This document shows positions 38,301-50,730 of a DNA stretch of 64,000 nt, piece after piece. The stretch covers positions 372,001-436,000 of the forward strand of contig NMRA01000237.1 of the NCBI GenBank assembly GCA_002633005.1. Direction: 5' to 3'. Source of the DNA: Phoronis australis (Eukaryota; Animalia; Phoronida). A program made the position numbers and the translations under genes. How positions within the stretch are numbered: the stretch's first letter is position 1; the number at the start of each line of letters is the position of its first letter. The notes below the pieces were generated by a model, which did not search any database, had not been told where the DNA came from, and saw only the letters and a program-made list of their open reading frames with translations.

Positions 38301-38441
38301 ACATGTGCATTTGATGTTAAGATTGTGATGTCTGATTGTCCAACCCCCTACAATAATTCCTGCTGTACAAAATTCAAGAATTGTTTCTGATGGCACCCTG
38401 GGTTTACCAGTTGTCTATCAATCTGGCCATTGTTTACACAG

Positions 38442-38580
38442 GACATTGCCTTATCTTATATAAGAGGAGTGAGCAAGCTGGTAATTCCAGAGGCAGCAAC
38501 CACAGACAGTGGCCGATACACTTGTAGTGCCTGCAATACTGTTGGTGAGACCAGCACCTCTTGCACAGTTGATGTCCTAG
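38442..38580 (+). CDS. Exon: Ig C-half (SKLVIPEAATTDSGRYTCSACNTVGETSTSCTVDVL)
   Basis: acacag acceptor, G|GTGAGT donor, phase 0-1. Confidence 0.93.
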
Positions 38581-41097
38581 GTGAGTACAGTTTGGTATTG
38601 TTTGTTCAATGGTTTATAATGTGCTTGAAGACTTCGTTTGTTGTGGGAATGGAGTTGTATGTAGAATGACATGCTATGCACCTATTTGTGTTTTGTTTTG
38701 ATTAATGTAAACATTCCTTAATTTTGGATGTGGAAAATTTCGGTGTCTGTGCCTAAATATGGGGTTCAAATCTACAAGTTTCAAACAAGTTAGAATGTTT
38801 AGTCGTTAAGAAATGCAAATTTTTATTTTTATTTTTATGGTGGTGAGAGAGTAAATGACTAGAGATAATTTGTGTCAATTTTCTTCTTTCTAAATTGTGA
38901 TTCCCAGCTTTGAGGTTGAGTGGGTGTTGCCATGGAAACATAAAGCGTATGGTAATTCTTCACCTATTTAGCACACAATAATGGTGGACTAGTGAAATTT
39001 AATTTATTATATTAATCAATGAAATTTATTATTCTTTAAATTTTTTTGTTCTGTGTAGATTTCATCAAGTAACATTTACTAAATTTTCTATTATTTTCAG
39101 CGAAATAATCGACCTTTGAAAAGTAAAAAATAGTTTTGGTCGAGAATTACCATATGGTGGTTCATGGCACAGGAATTTATGTTTCGGCCACTAGATTTTG
39201 CGGTACGGCACAGGATTTTTTAGTGCCATGTCTGGCTTTGGCGATGTGACCAGCATATGTTGAAGTCTATTCGCTGTACTGTAGCGTACATACGTATCAT
39301 AACTGAACTAGCCAATGTACTTTATTATCTCATCCACTTCCTAGAATTCTATAAAAAGTTAGCACGATCGTGTTTCGTGTTTTATTTGCATCTATGAGAA
39401 AATAGACAGAAGTTTTATTTACAGACACGGTTTATCAAAGTTATGGGACTTTTTAGTGCAACTTTTCTGGGAACTAGATGTGCATTGTTAATTCTATCAA
39501 ACAGAATAAATTTGTCTACGTCTGGAAATGCAGAAAATGATACGGAAAGCTTTATTGACACATTTGATGGAAGATTTGCGGAAATGTTCAAAAATGTTTT
39601 TGATTTGGTGCAGGATTTTCATGTCATTTTTTTCTTAGAACTTGAGATGAAGTTCATATTCTACAGAATGTTTTAGTTGAGAAAGTTAATTTTATTCTGT
39701 CCAGTTGTTTGCTAAGTGTCTATTCACTGTTCTAAAGTCAAAATACTGTGTTTTATTGTTAAATAATTAAAACATTTACCAAATAATAATACTGCTATGT
39801 TTGATTTTTGGTCATTTCCTCTTTAAGCTACACATGCGGAATCTATTCTTATCTGATTCTATGCAAACAGATGTTTGTTTGTTACGTAACTCAGTGCTAT
39901 GTTTATTCACAAACTTTGGAATTACCTTGGAATTATAATATGATAATTAGTTACCTTTATGTCTTAAGTAAACCACTTAAATCTGTAATCAGTGAGAATT
40001 CCATACATCGTCTTGGTGACTTATGGGTTTGTTGACCCAAAAGTTTCTTTCATCTTCCACTTTTCAGTGCTTAGACAAGTTTGGTTTTGTTATTCTATTA
40101 CAATTCGGTCACAATGATCCTCTGAGTTCACTTCTGTTCATCATGTATTTTTATGTCTGGAGTTGTGGAATGTGGTCTGACTTATTGAGCTGTGATTTTG
40201 TTATTTGTCAATAGGGGGAAGCACTGGCATGCTATTGTGTACAGTTGGATGCATTACTAATATTAAGCGGTTGAATCGTGAATGGAATGTAAGGACTAAA
40301 AAGAGCCATGAACAGACGCCCTTTAAATAACAGTTTGCATTAAAACGACTTTGTTTGTTTTCTTTGTTGTACATTGTTATTCATATGCAAAACTGGCAAG
40401 GCACAAGGTGTTTCAAATGTTGGGCCAAATCTGAAACTGCTGTTCTTTGTACCCACAAAGTATCATGATAGTATATTGTCCTGGCAACAGGTGGTAAGCA
40501 GAATAATGAAATGGCTAGTGAAACTTGAGAAATTGATAAACAATTTTTGTGCAGTGTGTCATATTAGTTATACAGATAAACTGGATTTAAATTTGGTCTA
40601 TGTTTTTGAAACACCCTATTTATGTGAAAATGGTCTTCTATTTAGCACACAAATTTGTGGGACAAAAACGAGCAGTTTTTATTTGCACTATATGTACTGT
40701 GCTGGCATCATGAAGCAAAACCTAAGTAAACATTTTCACATTTCAACAATGTAATCAGTTGGTGATAACAGAAAATTGCAATTTTCGGGAATTGATTTTG
40801 ATGTGGAATTGAAGAGAGATGCCCAGAGGTTGGCAGGAACACTACAAATTTCTCTGGTTCAGGCTTGCTTGTTATCTTCGATAGTTTAACAACAAGCAAG
40901 CAGTTTAGCCTGCGGCCGCTGAACGTGATAACTCGTGGATGAAAGTAGTACCGGTCGGGCACTAAACAAGAGAAAGTTGTAAGAACCTTCAGTCTCGGGG
41001 TGGTTTTGTCACGTGTTATTTTTGGTGCACATTTAGCAATGCTTCTTTGTTCGTTGCATTTCGCACTTGCTCTCTTACTACACTGTGTTGGTTATAG

Positions 41098-41190
41098 AAA
41101 CGCCTTCAACACAGCAACCACGTGCCACAATGGCTGCTCCGAGCTTTGACAAGCCTCGGCATGCGCACATGAATGGGAATGCTATGCACG
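41098..41190 (+). CDS. 93-nt symmetric linker exon ETPSTQQPRATMAAPSFDKPRHAHMNGNAMH
   Basis: tatag acceptor, G|GTAAGA donor, phase 1-1, open frame; probably a cassette exon. Confidence 0.7.
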
Positions 41191-41334
41191 GTAAGAACTT
41201 TTATGCGTTTGCTTGTTGCTACCATTTCTTACCAGGACGTGCATGGCCTCGGTGATGAATTCAGAATTTTGCCAAAGATGTTCTGCTGTTGTTTATGTGG
41301 CTTTCCTATGTTTGTTTACGAAGTTACCCTTCTG

Positions 41335-41433
41335 TGCCCTTGTACCCAGTATCTGGTCACTTGCTGTTTTGCCCTTGTACCCAATATCTGGTCACTTGCT
41401 GTTGTGCCCTTGTACTCAATATCTGGTCACTTG
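41335..41433. repeat. Tandem repeat, ~3 x 35 bp
   Basis: Unit TGCCCTTGTACCCARTATCTGGTCACTTGCTGTTK at 41335, 41370 and 41405. Confidence 0.9.
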
Positions 41434-44400
41434 TCTTGAGAAATTGTGTTGGTTTTTGAGTTTAGATATAGCCATTTTGGAATTTTAAATTTACATTTCA
41501 TGGATGTACTTAAATCTAAGATCTGTTATTGCATTTGTAGTCATACGTTGACTACCTCGACCATATGTTCTCTCAGTGGTGGGGTCTTGGGTTTGGAAGG
41601 GAGGTGTTTGCAGCAGAACTATCATTACATCGTCATCGTCACTCATGTCATCCTACTATGATAGATTGTTTATTTTTATTTGAGGCTTTGTTGTTTTCCA
41701 TAGTTTAACAATAGGTGGCATTCCAACAAATCTAAATAAAAATTACTTAACAGCTGAGAATTTTACACCTGTCATCAGACCACTTAGAATACATGGTAGG
41801 GTAAGAGTCTGTCATAAACAAAGGGATAGACAATGTGACCCTCCAGTGCCCATGCACCTCCTACATGAAGATACAAATTTTCATGTGTGGAAAAGCCATT
41901 TTGTAACTAGGTTTCTGTTTCTTGTATGATACATTTAGCTTTTCCAGGAAGTCCTTAATGGTGTATTGGAGTGTTTTGTTCCTTATGGAGGATATAGCAA
42001 AATAGTGCGTGACTAAAATTTTCTTGTACAAAAGGTGTTTGATTTGTGAGTTGGCTGGTTCATGCTGACTTGTAAGCAGAAACTGTTGCAAATATTTGTT
42101 CAAAATTGCAAACAAAACAAAAATAAACATTGGCTTTTACTAAATATGTTGAGTATGGTTGACTGCAAATGGAGTAATACAGGCCAGTTATTACAAGCAC
42201 AATTAAACCATTAATTGACAATTAACGCATTTTTCTATCACCATAATCACCTTTTTGGCATTGAATGTTTTGTCAAGTTCATATGAAAATATATTCTTAT
42301 TCACCCCATTGCCACCCTGTTACATTCCTTGTTGACAAAAAGTAAGGTGAGTGTTTTTACTGGTGCAATGACTGAATGGGCGATCCTTATGAATTGTGTT
42401 TTTAAGCAAAAATTTTCCCGCAGGTGGTAAAATATTTGCAGATATGGCGAAGGGAGGCTGTTATAAAGCTATTAGGAAAACAAACTGTTAGGTGAGGTAA
42501 GGGTTCCTCAATTTCTGACTTAATTTGACAGAAAGAGATTTTATTTTGCCAATTTTCTAAAAAAAATATAATTTATCCATTAATTATGATTTTCAGTAAA
42601 ATTTGTGTTCATTAAGTTTTTGAAAATGACAAAATAAACAATTTTAGGGTAATTCTTGTGTCCTAGACTGAAGGATCTTTATCGCTTTATTGCACTGCCC
42701 GCAGAGTTTCACTATCACGGTAACTCTTCACTTATTGGGCACGATTTGCGAAATTCTGTTTTGTTAAATTTCTCCACAAAAATGAAGAGTACCGTAAGAA
42801 CATTTTAGTCTATTACAAACATGGATTTCAGTGTTTAGTTGCCGTACAACAATATTTTTGCTCAAGTTCCCTTTACTGAAAAGCAGAAATTGAGCATTTT
42901 GGCAATTATTTTTGTGCGACACCAGTGGAGAATTGCACTAGGTGTATTACATTGCGGAGAAAGCGTGCTTACTGGTTACACATAAAAAGGTGCCAGTTGC
43001 CACGTGACCCAGGTCATTATGCTGGAAAAATTTTTGTTACTGTTGCCATTAAACGATAGAGCGCCCGTGGTAATCTGACATAGTATCTGGATTTTAATTA
43101 CCTCTATGCTGCTCACTGAATTTTGTAATGAATGTGGCTGTAAAAACCTGATTCTTTGTTAAGTTTTCATCGTCTGGCTTTAGTTTTCTTGATGATGGTT
43201 TCGTTTGTTTTTTACCTCTGGCTCAATTTGTGTTTTGTACATCAAAGTAAAGTGTCACCAATTTGGGACACATCGTGGTGGATAAGTCAAATTTCACTTT
43301 TCGTAGTTTTTCACAAAAGGTATGTGGCACCAAGTTAATGATTTATCACATTCAAGTTCTGTAATGCAGCAATAATCAGACAATAGTTTGAGAAATTGAA
43401 GCCATTCACAAAAATGGTAGATGGCCTTGAAAAAGGAAGTAAAGTCAATTCTGATAATTTTTTTGTTTGAAATTAGTAAGATTTTTGCCCGTGCCTTAAC
43501 ATGAGGTGCCAGTGTTCTGTCTCTTACCCACAATGCCTTTGGTATGAAATCTTTTTTGTCAAATGCTTTTCTAATGTCAACAAACTTGTGCTCTCACGAT
43601 CCTACTCGAATTAGCAGTTTGCACAAAGCCACAATTGAAAGAGTTAGTACCCGGTGTTTAATTTTCACCCTCTGAAGTGGTTGAGCAAACGAACAGACCA
43701 TGTCTCATTCCATGATCAGTAGAGAGTTGAGTCTGATTTTGGGCATGCACCGGTATTGGGTATGCAGATCAAAATTCTTTTTGTCAGATTTTGACAGATG
43801 ATGATAAGAGAGCAATGAAAGACAGTCTGGACTTCTAGTTAGAGGTATTGTAATGAGTGCAACTGATCAGTTATCTAACTAAATTCTTGTATTCCTTTAA
43901 GATGTATAAGTTTGAAAATAATTCTGTATCCCCTGGACATTTTATTAATCGCACTTCCATATGTAATGTATGGATTTCTGTTTACTTGTATTCTTTAGCT
44001 TTTTGTCAACTAGTTAGTGTATATTGTCTCATTAAAATTTCCAGTGCCCCAATACCATGTGCAGGTGAAATTTTACACCACCTTTGGTGGAGATAAAGTC
44101 CAAGAATCAGTGTCCCATAAATGTGTATTAGAAAATCATCTGCTAGTATGACTGCAGCTATAAAGTGACCCATTTTACATTTTATTGCCTGACAAAGCTG
44201 TTTGTTCAGTGGGTCACTCAGAACTTGTTGTTGACACACAGGATTACATAATTGACTTGTTGTAAAACTATGCAGCAATGAAATAACCTGAGGAATGAAG
44301 CCATTATATGACAGGCATTTTAACACTGTATGATGTCACTGTTATAATTATAATTAGATGGGGAACAGTGTTGATTGCAGGCTCTTGATAAATCACATTT

Positions 44401-44619
44401 TCTATGTGTATTCAATGAGGAAGTTTATGGCATGTTGCTTATTGCCATGTGTCAGGAAGAAGCCTTTTATTTAATTGGTACAAAAACGAACAGGAAGGAA
44501 ACTTAAATCAAGGACTCTTATGATGGGTGTGAAAAATTCAAAGCTTTCCGCATTTGACTGTGTCAGCTGTCGTTCACGGAAGTTGACATTTGATCGGCAG
44601 CATGACTTTGATGACACAG

Positions 44620-46961
44620 ACCTCTTCCATCCTCCATCGCCTCCAGAAGGCAGACCAGACATTGTTGTGGGCACGAGGAGTTCCCTCTTGCTCATTTGGC
44701 GACCGCCTAGCTGTGGTGATTTAAATGTTGTGTATCATGTAGAGGTGCGAAATACAAGATGTGCCAAATGGACCTGGGCAGTGAGAGACTGTCATGAGAC
44801 CCATTGTGTTGTCGGGAATCTGGACTTTGACACAGAATACGTGTTCAGGGTGTCGGTGGAGAATTCGCATGGTCGTAGTAAGACCAGCCTGGTGACAAAG
44901 CCGGTTGTGATATCTGACTATTTGAAGGCAGAGGAGGCGTATTTAAAGAGCCAATGTTTTGGAGGTCTGGAGGTTGACGATGATGATTATGGGGCTGGAA
45001 ACTGTGATGGTTTGAAGGGTCTTTATGATTTCTGGTGTAGACAGGATCCAGTGTGTAGTTATCGTGTTGTTGATAAGGAGGAAAGATCACCGTTGGCATT
45101 ATCTGTACAACGTTCTTTTGTTGGAAACACTAATGATGGAACTTTTGGTGGCGGTAATTCTGAAAAATCAGCTGTGTGTATGAATTCAACTATTGATCAG
45201 ACTATTGGCTCAAACAAGGGGTCTATGATGTTATCTCTACACTCATCATTCCCAGAGGGGAGCTGTGAGTCTTTAATAGAAGCTGTCAGTGATTACATAC
45301 CTAGGAGTTTTCTACACAATTCATCGGCCAATTTACCTGTGACACATACTGTGTCTGAGGAATTTGAGCTTGACAGAATTAGCACAGCTGTCTACAGTAA
45401 GAAGTGGACGGAGAATGTCTCAGGTTCTGTTTTGTTCAACGAAACTGAGTCTTTGCACGGCGTGAGTCGAAATGAAAGCTACAAACAAGCTGTCTGTTAT
45501 TATGGACTAACTGGACAAGACAGTGTCAATGAAGCCAATGTTGATCATGGTTGCCATTTATCAGTATCGGATGAAATGTATAAGCCTAATCCAGAGGAAT
45601 ATGTAATTGAGTGTTATTCAGATATGAAGACCGATGATAATGTAATGTATCCCCATGATGCTGCTGCTGTGTCAGTGGGAGGTGACTTGATATGCACGTC
45701 TGCCGACGAGACTGCGGCTGTGAAACATTCGAATCCCGGAGCTTCAGTAAAGAATGAGCTGTGGTATGCTAAAAGCATGGGACAAATCTTGTGTTACAAT
45801 TTTGAACAGTTCCATGACGATGATGATGATTATGATGCCTGTGAACACTTACGTGACGACAATCACGATGATGGCTGTCGAAAAGCGATACTTGGGAAGC
45901 AAGTGGTTGATAGCTGCTTAGGTGAGGATGAAGATGAAAACCAAGGTCAAAAGTCAGATGGTTTTGTTGACACTACACAAGGTACTAAATACCTGTGTGA
46001 TATACATGATAAGAGGGAAGGTGTGCATTCAACAAGTTGCTTCCCTGAGGGTAAGGAAAGCTCTGGTAACACTGACAGTTCCAACCTAATGAAAATGCCA
46101 CAAGGCTATCAAGATGGTTTAAACAGTGTGGAAGAGACCATGAATGTTACCATCATCTGTGGAATCCCAAACATTGAGGGGAGGCCTCCTCCGTACCTGG
46201 AAACGAATGGGTTACCTGCGACGTCATCTGATAGTAATGGCAGGTTCAGCTCTGGAAAAAGAACAGGCTCTGAGCAATGCGACTCTGGTTACCATTTTGA
46301 GACTGGCTGTGGAATTTCAAAGCAATCGTTCGACGCCAATATCGATATTTCATATAGGGATAAGAATAAGATGGTGAATCCAAGTTGTGATCAAACTTTG
46401 AGTTCTCACAATTCTGTTACTACTCAAGAATGTGGGGTGTCACCTGAAGATTATTTGAGACCACGAAACTGTTTAGGAAATAATAATAACAGAGTTGGAG
46501 TTGCTACTGATTACAATACAGATCTTGATGTCATTGGGAGGGGATCAGACATTCCAGCTCACGTAGGTGCAAATGATGAATACTGTCCATTGATTGGCTC
46601 GCCGAGTGACTTGTCCGACGTTAATCTCACCAGTAATCGGTTGTCTGCATCCAGCATCACCTCGTCAGATGATGGTGAGGGAGGGTTATATTATTCCTTC
46701 GAAGATATTCTGGATGTGTTGAGCTCAGATGAGGAAAGCTTAGCAGAGTGTAATCATGACATGACAGACTGTTCTCATGATGTTTTTCTGAGCCCTCTGA
46801 GTGATTCAGCGAATTCCAGGTCATGTACGCAAAATGACTTGGTTCAGGCAAGATATGAACCTCCCCGATATGATTACTTTACAAGCAGTTCGAAACGTTA
46901 TCGACTGTACACTCTACATGAGGAAGATGAACTAGGCAAAGACTTCCTGGATTTGGTGTGA
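44620..46961 (+). CDS. Large alternative terminal exon: fibronectin type III domain plus ~680 aa acidic Ser/Asp/Cys-rich low-complexity tail
   Basis: Lies within the 828-codon stop-free ORF 44475-46961. Fn3 signature at ~44631-44910 (PSPPEGRP...SLLLIWRPP...YHVE...W...VGNLDFDTEYVFRVSVENSHGRS). An in-frame phase-1 acceptor acacag|AC sits just before the Fn3; the exon ends DFLDLV*. Confidence 0.8.
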
Positions 46962-49509
46962 TTGTCTCATTGATTGACAGTTCATGGCTGGTTGATTTAG
47001 GCTTTTTAGAGTGTACTACAGACCTTTTGGAAGACTTGTCCTCACGTATGAACTATGTATTAGACTTTTTAATTGTGGCAGTATTTCCATAGTGACAGTT
47101 TTAAACAAATGCACTGTTTTCTTAGCCACTGTATGATTCAACAAGTCCCAGCCAAGTCCCTGTATGCAAAATTATTTTGTTCAGTCAAGATATGAAACCC
47201 CCATATGATAATTTGACAAGGAATTCATGCTTTTTAGAATGTACGGTATTATTTTGGGAAGTCTTGAATTAACTTATGAATTGTATGTCAGACGTTTTTA
47301 TAGTAACAGTTTCGAACACAGTTTAGAAAAGAGTGCAGTTATCATAGTTTCCTCAATTTTAGTGAAAGTACTTGGTAAAATTGCCATGTTATTTCCAAAG
47401 CTTACTGCATCACTACAAAGGTTTCAAGAGTTCATCGAATTTTATGGCATTTCTCTTGATTACCAGCTAAGAATGATGTAATTTTATAACTTTTAGAAAT
47501 TTAGAAGAAGGTGTGTCTGTCTATCTTGAAGAATATTAGACTGCCCAGTCCAGTCATTAGGTTATGTATGCTATAAATGCAATATGATTACCATAAAGAA
47601 AATAGATACTTTCTTGATCATGAAGTGACCAGATTAGTTCCCATATAGCTCACCACAGCTTGAGAGGATCAAGTGTACAACGGTGCCAGACACAGAAGCA
47701 AATTAGCACATGATTAAGATTGCCAACAAAGGCATTTTCAACAAAGGAAGATGAGTCCCATTGCGTTTTTAGTGTGGCTGTTAGTCAGTGAAGAAGAAAC
47801 TTTTAAATCATTCGCAAGCTGAGTTAGCGTTTGTGCAGAAAGATTAGGATTGGAATGCCAGTCCTCACTGTTGGTACTTCTGACAGAGAAAGAATGAATA
47901 GGACGGATAATTTTTGGTTGGTAGTCGTATTGTTAGAGTGTTAATTTGTAATCTGGAAAGAATACTATATTGGTTGTTAAAGGGTGGAACGCTTTGTTTC
48001 ATTTTTTTTAACATGGCAAGTGACAGTTCTTAATAACGCTGGATAAAGCAGACCAAATGAAGTCATCGATTGTTTGAACAGGAAGATTCAACCCCCCTCG
48101 CTAACGTGATTTGTTTCAGATTTTCACTTGACCTAATTATTGCTCTTTGGGACTTATGGAAATAATGATAAAAATTCTGCTGTTCCACTACAGTGTGCTA
48201 TAAATTTATTTCTTTTTACGTAGGTGACCGTTTTTCTATGTTTTCATTCAAAAGAAATATCACCTTTAACATTCTTAATTGCTTAATTAGTGGTAGAGAG
48301 CCTGGAGCAAAAATATAAAAACCAATTAGGAAAACAACTTCAAAAGACTCGAGTTCTGAAATTAGAGTTGCAATAACATAGTCCATGTTATTTTGGTACT
48401 TGCGTGCCTTCACCCTTTGAAAGCTGACAGGCACACTGAGCGAGGAAGACTGGTGATTATTTTTTAAGCTATTTTAGTGATTCCAGAATAAGTATCTTAT
48501 ATGCTGCAAACCTTTAATCTCTATACTTCATAATTGTGAATGATTCCCAGAGGTTGTTTTTCTGTTCTCATTTGCTTCATTAAACCACAGGCATAGTTTT
48601 TATAAGAAGTTTTTTTAACTAATTTCCCCGTTGTCCCCTGTTTTTCAGATGTAGGCCATTAACAGCGGAGTGGGTTTTTTGTTGTAGTCTCACAATCAAA
48701 CGATTTCATGCATATAATCGATCAAAAGTGTTTTAGTGAAATATATGTTTTGTGTATTTCTTAATGAGTATTAGGTATTTTGTTGCTGTGTGCAATATAT
48801 TTAGTTAAAAGCTTCAGTCCTTGCGACTGCATTGGTCTATTTGATATTGTTATCCAGAACCAAAATTAAAGGGAAATATCCATGTAACCTGGGCACAGGT
48901 TTCAATATTTTTTTACTCAAAATTGAGCTCAAAATTTTATTTGGCATTTTTCTACTCTACTTCTGTGCGAACTCAAGGTAAGTGTCTATTATTCAATGCA
49001 TAATGACTTATGTGGATAATTTTTTAGTTCTAGGTTGTAGTTGATAAACCCAACATCAAGGCTAAAAGTTCGAGTTTGAACTCGAAATTTTGAGTTTTTA
49101 GCACGAATGTTAGGGTCATCAAGTGCAAAATTGGACTGGAAACTCATATGCATAAATTATAATGTATTCGGACACAGTCTAATAACCACATATCTTGAGT
49201 TCGCACAAAAGTAGCAGAGAAATTGCCCATCATAATTTCGGGTTCGTTTCGAGTACAATGATTGGATTCCGGACCCTGGTAAAAAGTCAACATGGTTGTT
49301 AGAAGAAGGATGTGATGAAGTGCAATATGTATGAGTCATACATGCCAGATTAGGTGCCACAAATAAACATCCATTAGATAAGCCTCTTGTTTTCTGATTC
49401 TTCTAGTGCCTGTTAATTTCCTTTGCATTCATGCGAATGTCTGTAAACTGCAGTATGACATGATAACTACAAGGCAGATTTACAGTAAAAGACTGAAATA
49501 TTCAGAAAT

Positions 49510-49730
49510 CGTACTGTTTTCCTGTCATGACAACTAATTCTGTTTATCGCAGAAATTACTGGTAATAACTATTAGGGCTGCAAAATTCTGCTTACAAATG
49601 GCTTAGCCACCTTGCTATCTTTCCTGATTATTCTCCTTCATTCTCGGTCTTGAGGGAAGGCTACTGTGACGATGAATTCAGCTTCCGCCCAGCTGTCATG
49701 ACGGGGAATTCTGGGTCATTTTGTCTGAAT
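49510..49730 (+). repeat. Interspersed repeat copy (inverted partner at 54950-55165; fragment at ~31560-31620)
   Basis: gtaataactattagg...gcttagcc...gatgaattcagyttccg is found as the reverse complement at 54950-55165. Confidence 0.75.
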
Positions 49731-50629
49731 ACTTATGGTTTTTATCACACAATGTTGATGCCTCCAGTCACATATTCAAAAACCTTGAGTCATGTCGGCA
49801 AAAGTCGATTTTTTTTCTTCTTTGAAAGACAAACAATTGATCGTAATAGATAGTGGTACTCACTTGCTCCGTAAGTGAAAATGATGTTTGACTGTTGTTG
49901 TCTGTGTAACAGAATGGAAGATTGGGACCTGAAAGTGCATCTTTCTGTTGGAGTCATGTTTGGATTTTTGACCAGGGACAACCATGATTGTGTATTGGTT
50001 GGCACTTGTGCTCCGAAGATCCATGACCAAAAATTCTAAAGCTTTTCAAGAACACCTAAAGGATTATCCAAATAAATTATTTTCATTGTCAGAAGTTAAA
50101 AGTACTGTTTCCTTTGTTTCTATTAGTTTAGAAACTAATTCTGTTACTTTGAAAAAAATGTGACGTGTTGTTGTTGCGACAAAACTTGTTTGCCTCAAAA
50201 TTTGTTTTGTGACATTTTTAAGTAAATGAAGCAGAAAAGTTATCTTTAAAGATGTTATGCCTTATTCGATTTCACACGCGTGATTCATCTTCAAGAAATC
50301 TTTGAGTTGACCGATTTGGGTGGCCGGTGGCATACTATGCTAAATATCTAGGGTTCTTTTAGGGTTCAATTTTGTTTTCAGTCCAGCCATTGGGTGATTA
50401 AAGTTCTTGATGGTGTTCTATGATAACAGAGTATTACATGAGCATCTTAAATGTTTGACCCACATATTTCAGGCCATTGACCTCAAACAGTATTTTTCTT
50501 ATCCTGCTCTTCAGGACCTGGTATTTAGGGCCGGGCATATAATCTTTTGACTCAAGACTGAACTCGAAATTAGCTTTGGGATTTTCTGTTCTGCTTTTGT
50601 GCACGCTCAAGATACAGTAATTTAATTCA

Positions 50630-50730
50630 CAGTATGGCGGACAAGTGAAATTCTACTTTCTCATTTTTTCATAAAAAATGTCTAGCATCAAATTCATGCT
50701 TCACCACGTTCAAGCTACCGTCAAGATTTT
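50630..50730 (+). repeat. Dispersed repeat family (cagtatggcggacaagtgaaatt...)
   Basis: Related copies at ~305-380, ~19343-19430 and ~36180, and inverted at ~62580-62620. Confidence 0.6.

Noticed and set aside
44475-44619. N-terminal 48 codons of the 828-aa ORF as a stand-alone gene start
   Set aside because: The ORF-track start is TTG, not ATG. The Fn3 begins right after an in-frame acceptor matching the host gene's phase, so this part is more likely intron. The in-frame ATGs at ~44520 cannot be fully excluded.
45810-45850. FFAT-like motif DDDDDYDACE in the acidic tail
   Set aside because: It lacks the aromatic residue at position 2 of EFFDAxE, so the match is too weak to call.
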